Virus record (IMG/VR): IMGVR_UViG_3300045988_130116
Source: a virus
DNA: 64,000 nt
Reading direction: 5' to 3' (one strand)
Shown: piece by piece, positions 24,215-34,375 of the stretch
Layout: each line of letters opens with the position of its first letter
Position numbering within the stretch: the stretch's first letter is position 1
The notes under the pieces: model-generated
Database searches by the model: none
What the model was told of the DNA's origin: nothing
What the model saw: the letters and a program-made list of their open reading frames with translations, nothing else
Made by a program: the position numbers and the translations under genes

Positions 24215-24490
24215 ATGAAAAAAGTGTTACAATTAGATTTTAAAAATGCAAGTATAGAGGAAGGTTCAAATGGAAAACAGGTTGTCGAATACGATAAAGA
24301 ATTGTTACCTTTGTATACAAGAAGTTTAGATAAAGTGTTGGAAGATATAGAAGAAGAACAAGAGTTGCAACTTAAATTAAATATAAAACTTCCTCTTTCT
24401 CAATTTAGATTGCTCACTGATTTCCTAGTAGATTGTTCAGATTTAAACTTATTCGATTTGCAAATAAAATCAGTAGAACAAGATGACTAA
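24215..24490 (+). CDS. hypothetical acidic protein (91 aa)
   Basis: ORF track. RBS GAGAGGAG. Confidence 0.7.
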   Translation: MKKVLQLDFKNASIEEGSNGKQVVEYDKELLPLYTRSLDKVLEDIEEEQELQLKLNIKLPLSQFRLLTDFLVDCSDLNLFDLQIKSVEQDD

Positions 24491-25646
24491 TATGGAAAAG
24501 TATAATACGAAACAAAAAGAACAGATGATTAAATTGTCCCTACAAAAATTAAGTGGGGACGATGAAGTAGATTGGGAAGATATAATAGATAGTCTAGGAA
24601 TAAGTTTACATAAAGATACTTTAAGACGATGGGCAAGAGGAATGCAGATTTATGATGAATATCTTAAAGAAACAAAACGCAAGTCTGTAAGAGACGATTC
24701 AGAAAAAACAATAAAAAAAATATTAGAATTAAAACAACAAAGAATTTTATTATCTGATGAAAAGAGATATGTAAATGAGAGACTTAGAGAACTAACAAGA
24801 GTAGAAGATTTCTATAAGAAGCTAGAAGATAAAATATCAAGTAGCGACCCTGTTCAACTAAGAGAGATTGAGTTTAGTGATAAAACGAATGAAGCAGTAT
24901 TAATGTTATCTGATTGGCATTATGGAATAGAAGTTGACAACAAAGTTAATAAATTCAATTCAGAGATAGCAAATAGTAGAGTTTCTGAATTAGCGGGTAA
25001 AGTTATAAAACATTGTAAAATAAATGACGTGAGTAAATTAAATATATTTTGTTTAGGAGATTTAATATCTTCTGAAATTCACACTATTATTAAAATGGAA
25101 AATAGAGAAGATTTATCTACTCAAATATATGAAGTAAGTGAACTTCTTTCAAAATTTATAGAGACAGTATCGAAAGTTGTTCCGATAGAAGTTACATTTA
25201 CTTTTGGAAATCATGAGAGAACGGGATTAAAAGACTTATCTAAAGATAGCGATAATTTTACAATTCTTATAGAAAAATATGTTATGCTTCTTTTAAGGGA
25301 TAATGAGAATGTTATTATCAATAGTAGTGAAACAAATTCAGATATTATATATAAAAACATTATGGGAAATGACTTTGTTGGAGTTCATGGACATCAAGAA
25401 AAAAGAAAAGGTGTTGCTCCTGATTTAAGTGCAATCCTGAGTGGTAGAAATGTCGATTATGTATGCATGGGGCATTTACATTCTCAATGTAATTATATTG
25501 ATAATACATCAGAAGTTTTTATAAATGGAAGTTTATGTGGCACAGATGCCTATGCTTATGGGAAGAGATTGTTTTCTCCCCCTAGTCAAAAGTTATTGAT
25601 AGTTAATGACGAAGGTGTTGAATGTATCTACAATATTAAAGTTTAG
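24483..25646 (+). CDS. calcineurin-like metallophosphoesterase with an N-terminal HTH-like extension
   Basis: All five motifs occur in order: LSDWHYG, CLGDLIS, FGNHER, GVHGHQ, MGHLHS. Confidence 0.7.
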   Translation: MTNMEKYNTKQKEQMIKLSLQKLSGDDEVDWEDIIDSLGISLHKDTLRRWARGMQIYDEYLKETKRKSVRDDSEKTIKKILELKQQRILLSDEKRYVNERLRELTRVEDFYKKLEDKISSSDPVQLREIEFSDKTNEAVLMLSDWHYGIEVDNKVNKFNSEIANSRVSELAGKVIKHCKINDVSKLNIFCLGDLISSEIHTIIKMENREDLSTQIYEVSELLSKFIETVSKVVPIEVTFTFGNHERTGLKDLSKDSDNFTILIEKYVMLLLRDNENVIINSSETNSDIIYKNIMGNDFVGVHGHQEKRKGVAPDLSAILSGRNVDYVCMGHLHSQCNYIDNTSEVFINGSLCGTDAYAYGKRLFSPPSQKLLIVNDEGVECIYNIKV

Positions 25647-25659
25647 TGAGGATTACGAT

Positions 25660-26322
25660 ATGGCAAATAAGAATGAAGAATTAAGTAGAGAAATATATAT
25701 AAGCGGTGAAATAAATAACGAAATGGCAGCAGAGATAATTGCTCATTTAAAAAAGATAAATGATGAAGATTTAGATGTTTATGAGAAAAATCAAACTTTA
25801 AATGAAAAAAATCAATTACCTTATAAGCCTATAAGTCTTACAATAAATTCTCCGGGAGGAAGTGTAATGGACGGGTGTGCGATAATGAACACTTTAGAAT
25901 CTTGTATTGCTCCTGTTCATACTCATGGTATAGGAGAAGTGTCTAGTATGGCAGTTCATATTTATGCTTGTGGAGAAGTTAGGACAGCAGGAGATTTAGT
26001 TACATTTGGGCTACATGGAACTGGTGGCGGTACTTGTGGTTATACTAAAGAAATGATAAGTTCATTGACTCATTGGAAGAAATTAGAGAAAAAGTTAAAT
26101 GATAGACTTTTAGAAGACACAAAATTAACACAAAAAGACTTAGATGCTTGTGAAACTTGTTTAACGTTTTATGATTATGACGAAGCCTTGGAAAAAGGTT
26201 TGATAAATACAGATTTGTATGATGATGAATTTCTTAAAGAAATAATAGACGGATTAAATGTGTCTGACAAAAAAGAAGAAACAAAAGTGATAAAAACAGA
26301 AACAGAGGTAAAAGAAGATTAA
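25660..26322 (+). CDS. ClpP-family serine protease (likely prohead or maturation protease)
   Basis: INSPGGSVMDGCAIMN, GEVSSMAVHIY (Ser) and FGLHGTGGG (His). The start is set at ATG 25660 after GTGAGGA. Confidence 0.65.
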   Translation: MANKNEELSREIYISGEINNEMAAEIIAHLKKINDEDLDVYEKNQTLNEKNQLPYKPISLTINSPGGSVMDGCAIMNTLESCIAPVHTHGIGEVSSMAVHIYACGEVRTAGDLVTFGLHGTGGGTCGYTKEMISSLTHWKKLEKKLNDRLLEDTKLTQKDLDACETCLTFYDYDEALEKGLINTDLYDDEFLKEIIDGLNVSDKKEETKVIKTETEVKED

Positions 26323-26543
26323 TTCTTTTTACATAAAATGCGAGTTCATATCATTTCATTTTGATTAGAATAAAGGTTAATAGAATCCATGTTTATTGGC
26401 GAAACATGGGTTCTCTTTAGTCTTTATTTAGACTAACATATATCTCCCTTGTTAGTGGTATGGTTGCTATTCCTCGTAGCCATACCCATTAATAAGGAAA
26501 TAAAATCATATATTGATAATCTATTATTATCAAACCATTTAAT

Positions 26544-26571
26544 AACTACCCTTCGGGGTAGTTATTTTTTT
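26544..26571 (+). terminator. rho-independent terminator (TTCG tetraloop)
   Basis: AACTACCC-TTCG-GGGTAGTT followed by ATTTTTTT. Confidence 0.8.
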
Positions 26572-26591
26572 ATAACAAGAGAGGTGATAAA

Positions 26592-27536
26592 GTGAAAAAG
26601 GAAAAATCGCAAAAATTAGCTAAGAGAGTATGCCCTTATTGTGGAGAAGAAAAATTTGTATCTAGGGATTTCTATGGTTCAGAAAGCCTTATGTATTCTA
26701 ATGAAAAAAGACACCTTATTTGTAAAAACTGTATGAATATTAGATACAATTTCTTTTTAGCTAAATGTGACGGAGACGAATTATTAGCTTTAAGAAGAAC
26801 TTGTGATAACTTAGACATTGTATTTGATGAAGGAATAGTTAATAGAGTTGAAGGTCAAGACGGCTCTTTGTTCTTGAATTATATGAAAACAATAAATACT
26901 AATTCTATCCTTAGAAGTTTAAGTTCATTAGATAGCCCTATGTTTAATGAAATGCATTCAAAGCCTAATATAGAGGATTTGGTTGTTAATAATGATATAG
27001 TTATGAAATGGGGAGATGGATTTACTAAAAGAGAATACCAACAGTTAGAATATATTTATTCTGAATATATGGAAGAGTATAAACCTAAAGACTTATCAAC
27101 TAAAAAGATACTTAAAGATTTAAGTATGACAGAGCTTCTTAGGGAAAGAGCTAGATTAAAAGGTGACGACAAGACATACGATATGTATACAAAGCTACTT
27201 TCTAAAAGTAGAGCAGACGCAAATATACAACCTAATCAAAATAAAGACGAAGATGATGAAAAATATATATTTGGTATGATGATGAAGATATATGAATTAA
27301 AGAAACCAGTAGTTAAGAGACTTAAAGAATATCAAGATGTTGATTGGATTGAAAGATATATAATGAGGTTTTTATTTAAACCATTAGCAGTAGCTTTAGG
27401 ATTTGGTTCAGCTAATTACTCTTTAGAAGAAGGAGATGCGGGAATACAATTAGATGAAAAAATTGAGAGAGCTATACAAGCCGTTAAGGAGGAAGAAGAA
27501 GAGGAAAAGGCGAAGAGGAAGAATGGTGACAGCTAA
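26592..27536 (+). CDS. putative terminase small subunit (N-terminal zinc ribbon)
   Basis: Sits immediately upstream of, and is coupled to, the large terminase gene. CPYCGE...CKNC. The assignment is by position only. Confidence 0.4.
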   Translation: MKKEKSQKLAKRVCPYCGEEKFVSRDFYGSESLMYSNEKRHLICKNCMNIRYNFFLAKCDGDELLALRRTCDNLDIVFDEGIVNRVEGQDGSLFLNYMKTINTNSILRSLSSLDSPMFNEMHSKPNIEDLVVNNDIVMKWGDGFTKREYQQLEYIYSEYMEEYKPKDLSTKKILKDLSMTELLRERARLKGDDKTYDMYTKLLSKSRADANIQPNQNKDEDDEKYIFGMMMKIYELKKPVVKRLKEYQDVDWIERYIMRFLFKPLAVALGFGSANYSLEEGDAGIQLDEKIERAIQAVKEEEEEEKAKRKNGDS

Positions 27537-29308
27537 TGGAAGAAAGGAAATATATGGAAACCGAGTATGAGGATAGAGGTAATTTAACAGGAGATTCCAA
27601 AGAAGATTTACTTATAGGAATAGGTGAATATTGGGGTTGTTTTTATTTAGCTAATCCTCATAGATTTGCTATGGATTATTTGAAGTATAAATTACATATA
27701 TTTCAACAGATATTACTGTATTTTATGATGAAAAGTGACCAGTTCGTATTTATTGCGAGTAGGGGTCTGGGCAAATCATTTCTTACGGCAGTATTCTGTA
27801 CAGTTATATGTATATTAAAACCCGGAACAAAAGTTATAGTCTGTGCTAAACAAAAGAAACAAGCAGAGAAAGTACTGACCGAGAAGATACTTGGTATATT
27901 ATATCCTCAATCATATGCTTTAAGGAAAGAAATAGATTATAGAGGAATTAAGTGCAACTCTAATCAGGTATTAATACCATTTAAAAATGGTTCTTCTATA
28001 GAAGTACTTGCCAGTTCAGAGAACTCAAGAGGTGCAAGATGTAATGTTTTAGTAATGGACGAGTTCCGTATGATAAATGAAACAATAGTTAGAAGTGTTT
28101 TATCTCCATTTGGTGCAGTTCCAAGACAAGCCGGATATTTAACTAATCCTAGATATTCTTTTTATCGTGAAGAGAATAAAGAATTGTTCCTAAGTTCAGC
28201 ATGGTATAGCGACCATTGGAGTTACTCTAAGTGGAAAACAACAGTTAAAGATATGCTAACTAAATTTGATTCCTTTGCTTGTAATATTCCTTTTACCTGT
28301 TCTTTAGAACATGGATTAAATACTAAGAAGAAAATGGAAAGAGAAATGGATGCAGAAGGTATGAACTATGCATCTTTTTTAATGGAATACTGTGCAGTAT
28401 TCTTTAATGAAGCTGATGATGCCTTCTTTAAATCTTCTATTATTAATCCTTGTAGAGATACACTTGATGTATTTTACCCTCCTACTTCTGAAGAATGGAT
28501 ATCAGAGAAGAAGAAAAAGAAATCCGAACAATCATGGTATATGCCTAGAGTTAACGGTGAGATAAGAATTATGGCTTGTGATATCGCCTTAGCTAAAGGT
28601 GTAGCAAACGATAACTCCAGTTTCTTATTAATGAGAATGATACCTGATAGAGGTAAGTTTAAACGCCATGTTGTATATATGGAAGCACACAATGGTATGG
28701 CGGCTAAACAACAGGCTATAAGAATAAAACAATTATTCTATGATTTCGGGGCAGATAAACTTATTATAGATACAACTGGTGTCGGAGAAGCAGTTTGGGA
28801 ATTCGTCAGAGAAAGTAACTATGATGAAGAGAGGGGAGTCAGATATGATGGATTTACTTGCTTTAATGATGATAATAGAGTAGATGATTTATCTAAAAGA
28901 ACTGGCTTACCTTTTGTTTATTCAATGCAGCCTAATAGTGAAGTCAACAGTAGAATAGCAGTAAGTGTAAGAAAATTATTAGCAGATAAAGATTTAATAC
29001 TTCCTATGAATGATAGAGAAGCAAAAATATTAGTAACTGAAAAAGTGTCTAGTTTAGATTTAGATTTAGAAGAGGCGGCTTACAGAGAAGCTAGATTACT
29101 AGCTCCGTTTGTTCAAACAACTATTATGGTTAATGAAATGATAAGTTTGAACCATGAAAGCAAAGAAGGGAAAATAAAACTTTTTGAAAGAGGGGCAAAT
29201 AGAAAAGATAGATATTCTTCATTAGGATATGCCGTATTCTTGAGTAATTTAATTGCACAAGAAGAAGGTTTCGGTGATGACGATGACGATATCTTATTCT
29301 TAGTTTGA
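27536..29308 (+). CDS. terL: terminase large subunit
   Basis: Walker A FIASRGLGKSF, Walker B NVLVMDEF, and a C-terminal nuclease-like region IMACDIA ... IIDTTGVGEAVWEF. Confidence 0.8.
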   Translation: MEERKYMETEYEDRGNLTGDSKEDLLIGIGEYWGCFYLANPHRFAMDYLKYKLHIFQQILLYFMMKSDQFVFIASRGLGKSFLTAVFCTVICILKPGTKVIVCAKQKKQAEKVLTEKILGILYPQSYALRKEIDYRGIKCNSNQVLIPFKNGSSIEVLASSENSRGARCNVLVMDEFRMINETIVRSVLSPFGAVPRQAGYLTNPRYSFYREENKELFLSSAWYSDHWSYSKWKTTVKDMLTKFDSFACNIPFTCSLEHGLNTKKKMEREMDAEGMNYASFLMEYCAVFFNEADDAFFKSSIINPCRDTLDVFYPPTSEEWISEKKKKKSEQSWYMPRVNGEIRIMACDIALAKGVANDNSSFLLMRMIPDRGKFKRHVVYMEAHNGMAAKQQAIRIKQLFYDFGADKLIIDTTGVGEAVWEFVRESNYDEERGVRYDGFTCFNDDNRVDDLSKRTGLPFVYSMQPNSEVNSRIAVSVRKLLADKDLILPMNDREAKILVTEKVSSLDLDLEEAAYREARLLAPFVQTTIMVNEMISLNHESKEGKIKLFERGANRKDRYSSLGYAVFLSNLIAQEEGFGDDDDDILFLV

Positions 29309-29323
29309 TATAAGGGTGATGGT

Positions 29324-30121
29324 ATGGAATTAAATAAAGTTTATTGTATGGATAATTTAGAATTGTTAGAGCAGCTACCTACTGGCTCTATCGACCTTAT
29401 ATATTGTGATATTCTTTATAACACAGGTAAAATTTTTAAAGATTATAATGATAATCTAGGAACGGTAACACAGGCTATGAAATGGTATCGACCAAGATTA
29501 TTTCAGATGAAAAGAGTTCTTAAAAGTACAGGATTAATTTATCTTCAATGCGATTATAGATTAGTTCATTATTTAAAAGTAGATATGGATTGCATTTTTG
29601 GAATTGATAATTTCAGAAATGATATTATTTGGAATTACGGAGGACAATCTAGGAGTAAAGATATAAGCTGTAAACATGATAATATATTAAGATATTCTAA
29701 TGGAGACAAGTATGTTTATAATACACAATATCAACCTTACACTGAAAGGACACTAAAAGAATTTAGACATAGAAACGAAAAAGGAGAGTTATGTGTTCGT
29801 ACTTGCAGAAGAGACAAAGATGGTAACAAAGTTTATTATTATACTCCTAAGAAAGAAGGAGCTAATATAACCGATGTGTGGGACATTAAACCTTTATCTC
29901 CTTCAAGCAAAGAGAGATCAGGATATGATACTCAAAAACCTAAAGAGTTATTAGAGAGAATAATTAAATCATCTTCTAACGAAGGAGATGTGGTTGCTGA
30001 TTTTTTCTGTGGCAGTGGTACAAGTTTAGTTGTAGCTAAAGAATTAGGCAGAAATTATATAGGATGCGACTTAAACCCTAAAGCAGTAGAAATAACAAAT
30101 AAAAGATTAGAATTAATATAA
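29324..30121 (+). CDS. N6/N4-type DNA methyltransferase with an atypical motif IV (DILY in place of DPPY)
   Basis: IDLIYCDILYNTG sits where (D/N/S)PP(Y/F) is expected. C-terminal motif I is DFFCGSGTSLVVAKELGRNYIGCDLN. Confidence 0.6.
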   Translation: MELNKVYCMDNLELLEQLPTGSIDLIYCDILYNTGKIFKDYNDNLGTVTQAMKWYRPRLFQMKRVLKSTGLIYLQCDYRLVHYLKVDMDCIFGIDNFRNDIIWNYGGQSRSKDISCKHDNILRYSNGDKYVYNTQYQPYTERTLKEFRHRNEKGELCVRTCRRDKDGNKVYYYTPKKEGANITDVWDIKPLSPSSKERSGYDTQKPKELLERIIKSSSNEGDVVADFFCGSGTSLVVAKELGRNYIGCDLNPKAVEITNKRLELI

Positions 30122-30196
30122 AGAGTGAATATGCAAAAATAATATGGCATATGAAGAACGAAATAAAATAGAAGAAAGGATTGGTGATTATTTGAT

Positions 30197-31001
30197 ATGA
30201 TAAATTTAAAGAATTTAACTAAAGGAGGTGATTTCAACTCATATGGATGCTCTGATTATGTTTTATTTCAAGGTGATTGTTTAGAAGTAATGGACTATTT
30301 AATAGAACGTGAAATTAAAGTAGATATGATATTAACAGACCCTCCATATGGTTGAAATTGGAACTATAGCTTGTAAATGGGATAATATAATTCCCTTTAA
30401 TGAAATGTGGGAAAGAATAAATAATTTAATAAAAGATAATGGAGCTATCTGTTTGTTTGGGAATGAACCATTCACCAGTTGTTTAATAACAAGTAATTTA
30501 AAAGGATTTAAATATAGATGGGATTGGGATAAAAAAATACCAAGCGGCATGGGATATGCTAAATATAGACCAATGCAACAAACAGAGGATATTTGTGTTT
30601 TTACTAAAAACGGAGAAAAAACAATTTATAATCCTCAAATGATTAAGAGGGATAAGCCTATAAAAAGTGGAGGAAATACAAAACAAGCAAGTGCTTATAG
30701 TGGGTTTAAATGCATGGGTGATGGGAAGGAATATAAAAAAACTTACGAATATAAAAATCCTATAACTTTAATAGAATTTAATAAAATTAGAAGGGGAAAT
30801 GTTCATCCCACACAAAAGCCAGTTGATTTACTAGAATATCTAATAAAAACCTATACAAATGAAAATGATTTAGTATTAGACTTCACAATGGGCTCAGGAA
30901 GCACTGGAGTAGCTTGTCTAAACACTAATCGCAAGTTTATAGGCATTGAATTAGATGAAGAATATTTTAATATAGCTAAAGAGAGATTAAATTCAATATA
31001 A
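30197..31001 (+). pseudogene. N6/N4 DNA methyltransferase split by a 10-nt insertion (52-aa DPPY fragment plus 217-aa remainder)
   Basis: 30197-30355 encodes MINLKNLTKGGDFNSYGCSDYVLFQGDCLEVMDYLIEREIKVDMILTDPPYG and then a stop. Removing TTGAAATTGG (about 30352-30361) restores DPPYGTIACKWD, colinear with the intact paralog at 32490-33254 (DPPYGTTACKWD). Confidence 0.7.
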
Positions 31002-31014
31002 GGAGTTGATATAT

Positions 31015-32481
31015 TTGAGTGAAGATGTAAAAAAAGAAAATATTGATTCTTATGATGCTTATGATTTTTCCGAAGACCTGTTGTACAGTTTAAAAACTTA
31101 TAATTCCCAAATTTCAACAATAAGAGACAATAGTGTAAGAGTTAAAAATAATATAAGAAAAATGTTAAGTAATCAAACAAATAATCAATATACGGAAACA
31201 GAACTTCAAAAAATAGGAGATATGCTTACTAAAAAGAACGGTCAGCTAAAGGAATTAATTACCTATAAATCTAATTTACTTACTTATGACCACTATATAA
31301 TGCCATTAGATGCTAGTAAGTATAAAACAGAAGAAAGTATAAAAGAAGCTAGAAGAAAAGCTTCGAAACAAGTAGAAAAATACAATCTAAAATATAACTG
31401 TAAATGGATTGCACAGGATATTATAGAATATGGAGAAATTTATTTATCTTTGGTTAAAGGTAAAAATAATTATTTATTTTTTAAATTCCCTAGAGAGATG
31501 TGTATGATAACTCAAAAGACTGGTAATATGGTCTCTAAATTTGCTATAAATTTAGGATATTTAAATTCTACTAATTATTATACATTCCCACAAGACATAC
31601 AAAATTTATATTGGGATTATCAAGAAGGTAGACTGGATAAAAGAAGAATTATAAAAAATTCATGGTATCAAATGACAGAGGTCACTTATATGGCTTTTAC
31701 ATTAGATGAATGGCAAGAAAAAGGTACTCCATATTATTCTTATTTATTTGATAGTTTAGCGTCACTAGAAGAATTATCAGATTTAGTTAATTTAAATGCC
31801 TATATAGATAGTTTTAGATTATTACATCAGAAACCTGAGCTTGACGATAGAGGTCAATTAAAAATGGAAAGAAAGAAAATATTAAACTACCATAATTCAT
31901 TAAAAAGTTTAGTTCCTTATGGTTATTGTACTTTAACTTCTCCTTTAGATTTAAAATTAATATCTAGTGATGGAAATAGTTCTAGTATACTTGATGCTAA
32001 AGAAAAGACAAAAACAACCATATATGATTCTAGTGGTGTAAATGACAACTTATTCAATGGTGATACAACAAATACAGAAGCAGTAAGTATAGGATTTACA
32101 ATAGATACTTTAATGCCTTTAAGGATACAAAAAGAAATAGAAAATTGGGTTAATGACCATATGAGAAGCGTTAGAGCTACTTCGAATTGGTTCTTAGAAT
32201 TTATACCTACTAATGAATACAATCAAGGATTAGAAGCAGAAAGACAAAGAAATGCTTTAACTATTTATTCTCCTAAATGGAAATATTTAGGTACTATAGG
32301 ATTAACTCCTTTAAGAGCGTTAAGTACTATAGAATCGGAAGAATTAGAAGATATAGCATCTAAAATGCTGCCATTATCAACTGCATATACTCAAGTTGGT
32401 AATGAAGCGGGTGGAAGACCTAGTAAGGCAGAAACAGGAGAATCTAATGCTAAAAATAGTAGTACAAATCCAAATGAATAG
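31015..32481 (+). CDS. putative portal protein
   Basis: Its size (~488 aa) and position between the terminase and head genes fit a portal. No motif recognised. The start is moved to TTG 31015, 9 nt after AGGAG. Confidence 0.45.
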   Translation: MSEDVKKENIDSYDAYDFSEDLLYSLKTYNSQISTIRDNSVRVKNNIRKMLSNQTNNQYTETELQKIGDMLTKKNGQLKELITYKSNLLTYDHYIMPLDASKYKTEESIKEARRKASKQVEKYNLKYNCKWIAQDIIEYGEIYLSLVKGKNNYLFFKFPREMCMITQKTGNMVSKFAINLGYLNSTNYYTFPQDIQNLYWDYQEGRLDKRRIIKNSWYQMTEVTYMAFTLDEWQEKGTPYYSYLFDSLASLEELSDLVNLNAYIDSFRLLHQKPELDDRGQLKMERKKILNYHNSLKSLVPYGYCTLTSPLDLKLISSDGNSSSILDAKEKTKTTIYDSSGVNDNLFNGDTTNTEAVSIGFTIDTLMPLRIQKEIENWVNDHMRSVRATSNWFLEFIPTNEYNQGLEAERQRNALTIYSPKWKYLGTIGLTPLRALSTIESEELEDIASKMLPLSTAYTQVGNEAGGRPSKAETGESNAKNSSTNPNE

Positions 32482-32489
32482 GTGAGAAT

Positions 32490-33254
32490 ATGGAAGAAAG
32501 ATATAAATTATATCAAGGTGATTGTTTAGAGGCAATGGATAAGCTAATTAAAGAAGGGATTAAATTTGATGCTATTATCACAGACCCTCCTTACGGAACT
32601 ACTGCTTGTAAATGGGATGAAGTTATTCCTTTTAAAGACATGTGGAATAGAATCAATAAATTAATTAAACCAAATGGGGCTATAGTATTATTTGGAAATG
32701 AGCCTTTTAGTAGCAAATTAAGAATCAGCAATATTAAAAATTATAGATATGATTGGGTATGGGAAAAAACTAGACCTCAAAGATTTGTTCAGGCAAAAAA
32801 AATGCCGTTATCTTATTCGGAGTATATCCATATATTTTATAATAAATTACCAACTTACAATCCCCAAATGAGAGAAGGTAAACCTTATATTAAAAAGCAT
32901 GTCAATAGCACTAAAGGTGTTGTTTATGGCGCTGAAAAAAGAAATGGTACTACCACTATAAACAAAGGGACAAGATACCCAAGCAACATAATTAAGTTTA
33001 GCAATCCTAATAAAAATTCACTTCATCCAACTCAAAAACCAGTAGATTTATTAGAATATCTTATAAGAACATACACAGATGAAGGTGATTTGGTGTTAGA
33101 CTTTACAATGGGTTCAGGAAGTACTGGGGTTGCTTGTCTAAACACTAATCGTAAGTTTGTAGGTATTGAATTAGACGAAAAATATTTTAGGATAGCAAAA
33201 AAAAGAATTGAAGAAGCGTTAACAGACAAAGGTGATAAGAATGAGCAATTTTAA
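32490..33254 (+). CDS. N6/N4 DNA methyltransferase (beta class, intact)
   Basis: Motif IV ITDPPYG, motif I LDFTMGSGSTGVACLNTNRKFVGIELD. Confidence 0.8.
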   Translation: MEERYKLYQGDCLEAMDKLIKEGIKFDAIITDPPYGTTACKWDEVIPFKDMWNRINKLIKPNGAIVLFGNEPFSSKLRISNIKNYRYDWVWEKTRPQRFVQAKKMPLSYSEYIHIFYNKLPTYNPQMREGKPYIKKHVNSTKGVVYGAEKRNGTTTINKGTRYPSNIIKFSNPNKNSLHPTQKPVDLLEYLIRTYTDEGDLVLDFTMGSGSTGVACLNTNRKFVGIELDEKYFRIAKKRIEEALTDKGDKNEQF

Positions 33255-34155
33255 ATTAACTCCTTGTTCTTTAGGAGAAATTAAAGAAGATATACCATAT
33301 AAAATCCCTTCTAATATAGAACTATTAGGAGCAGAATCATTTTGGGATAAAGGAATTTATGGTAAAGGTATAACTGTAGCTATATTAGATACAGGAGTAG
33401 ATACAGAGCATGTGTGTTTAAAAGACAGAATAATTGGCGGTAAAAACTTTACAAATGAAGGTAAAGAAGATGATTTTACTGATTGGAATGGTCATGGAAC
33501 TCATGTAGCAGGTATTATAGCAGGTAATAGAGCTGAAAAAGGAATTACTGGAGTTGCACCTGAATGTAATTTATTAATAGTAAAAGTTTTAGATAGATTT
33601 GGTGACGGTGCATTTTCTAGTATAGTAAAAGGATTAGAATATGCTATTGAACAAAATGTAGATATTATAAATATGTCTTTAGGTGGTAAAGCAGATGACG
33701 ATTCTTTACACGATATTATTAAAAAGGCAACAAATAAAGGAATATGTATTTGTTGTGCTAGTGGTAATAATGGGGACGGAAGTGCAGATACAGATGAGAT
33801 TAATTTTCCCGGAAATTATCATGAAGTAATAGAAGTTGGAGCAGTAGATAGAGATAATAATATTGCAAAATTCAGTAATACAAATTCGGAAATAGATATT
33901 GTATCATATGGTGTCAATATAATGTCGACTTATAAGAATAATAGATATGCAACGACAAGTGGTACTTCTCAGGCTACTCCACACGTTTCAGGAGCGTTAG
34001 CATTGATTAAAGAAGATTTTGTTAAAACTTATAGTAGAAAGCCAACTGAAGAGGAATTGTGGGCAAGACTTATCAAATGTACTAATTTCCTCAATGATAT
34101 AGATACGAAGGCACAAGGAAACGGTGTCTTATATCTAGGGAATGGATGTGAATAA
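33241..34155 (+). CDS. subtilisin-like (S8) serine protease
   Basis: Catalytic triad contexts AILDTGVD, HGTHVAGII and GTSQATPHVSG. The start is set at ATG 33241 after AAAGGTGA. Confidence 0.8.
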   Translation: MSNFKLTPCSLGEIKEDIPYKIPSNIELLGAESFWDKGIYGKGITVAILDTGVDTEHVCLKDRIIGGKNFTNEGKEDDFTDWNGHGTHVAGIIAGNRAEKGITGVAPECNLLIVKVLDRFGDGAFSSIVKGLEYAIEQNVDIINMSLGGKADDDSLHDIIKKATNKGICICCASGNNGDGSADTDEINFPGNYHEVIEVGAVDRDNNIAKFSNTNSEIDIVSYGVNIMSTYKNNRYATTSGTSQATPHVSGALALIKEDFVKTYSRKPTEEELWARLIKCTNFLNDIDTKAQGNGVLYLGNGCE

Positions 34156-34351
34156 TATGGGAAGATATATAATAGCAAATACAAGAGATGGTGCAGAAAA
34201 ATTAAAAAGATTAGGTTTTGAGCCTATTTTAGTACAAGAAATGGGCAAAGAAATGCATTATGTATTTGAAAACTCAAATAAATATCTGCTTTTTTCAGAT
34301 GATGAAAAAAAAGAATATATAATAAGTGATGAATTATATATGTGTTTTTAA
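34142..34351 (+). CDS. hypothetical protein (64-69 aa)
   Basis: ORF track. The start could be 34142 or 34157. Confidence 0.6.
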   Translation: MDVNNMGRYIIANTRDGAEKLKRLGFEPILVQEMGKEMHYVFENSNKYLLFSDDEKKEYIISDELYMCF

Positions 34352-34375
34352 TTCTTAAAGAAAGGAGGAAATCCT

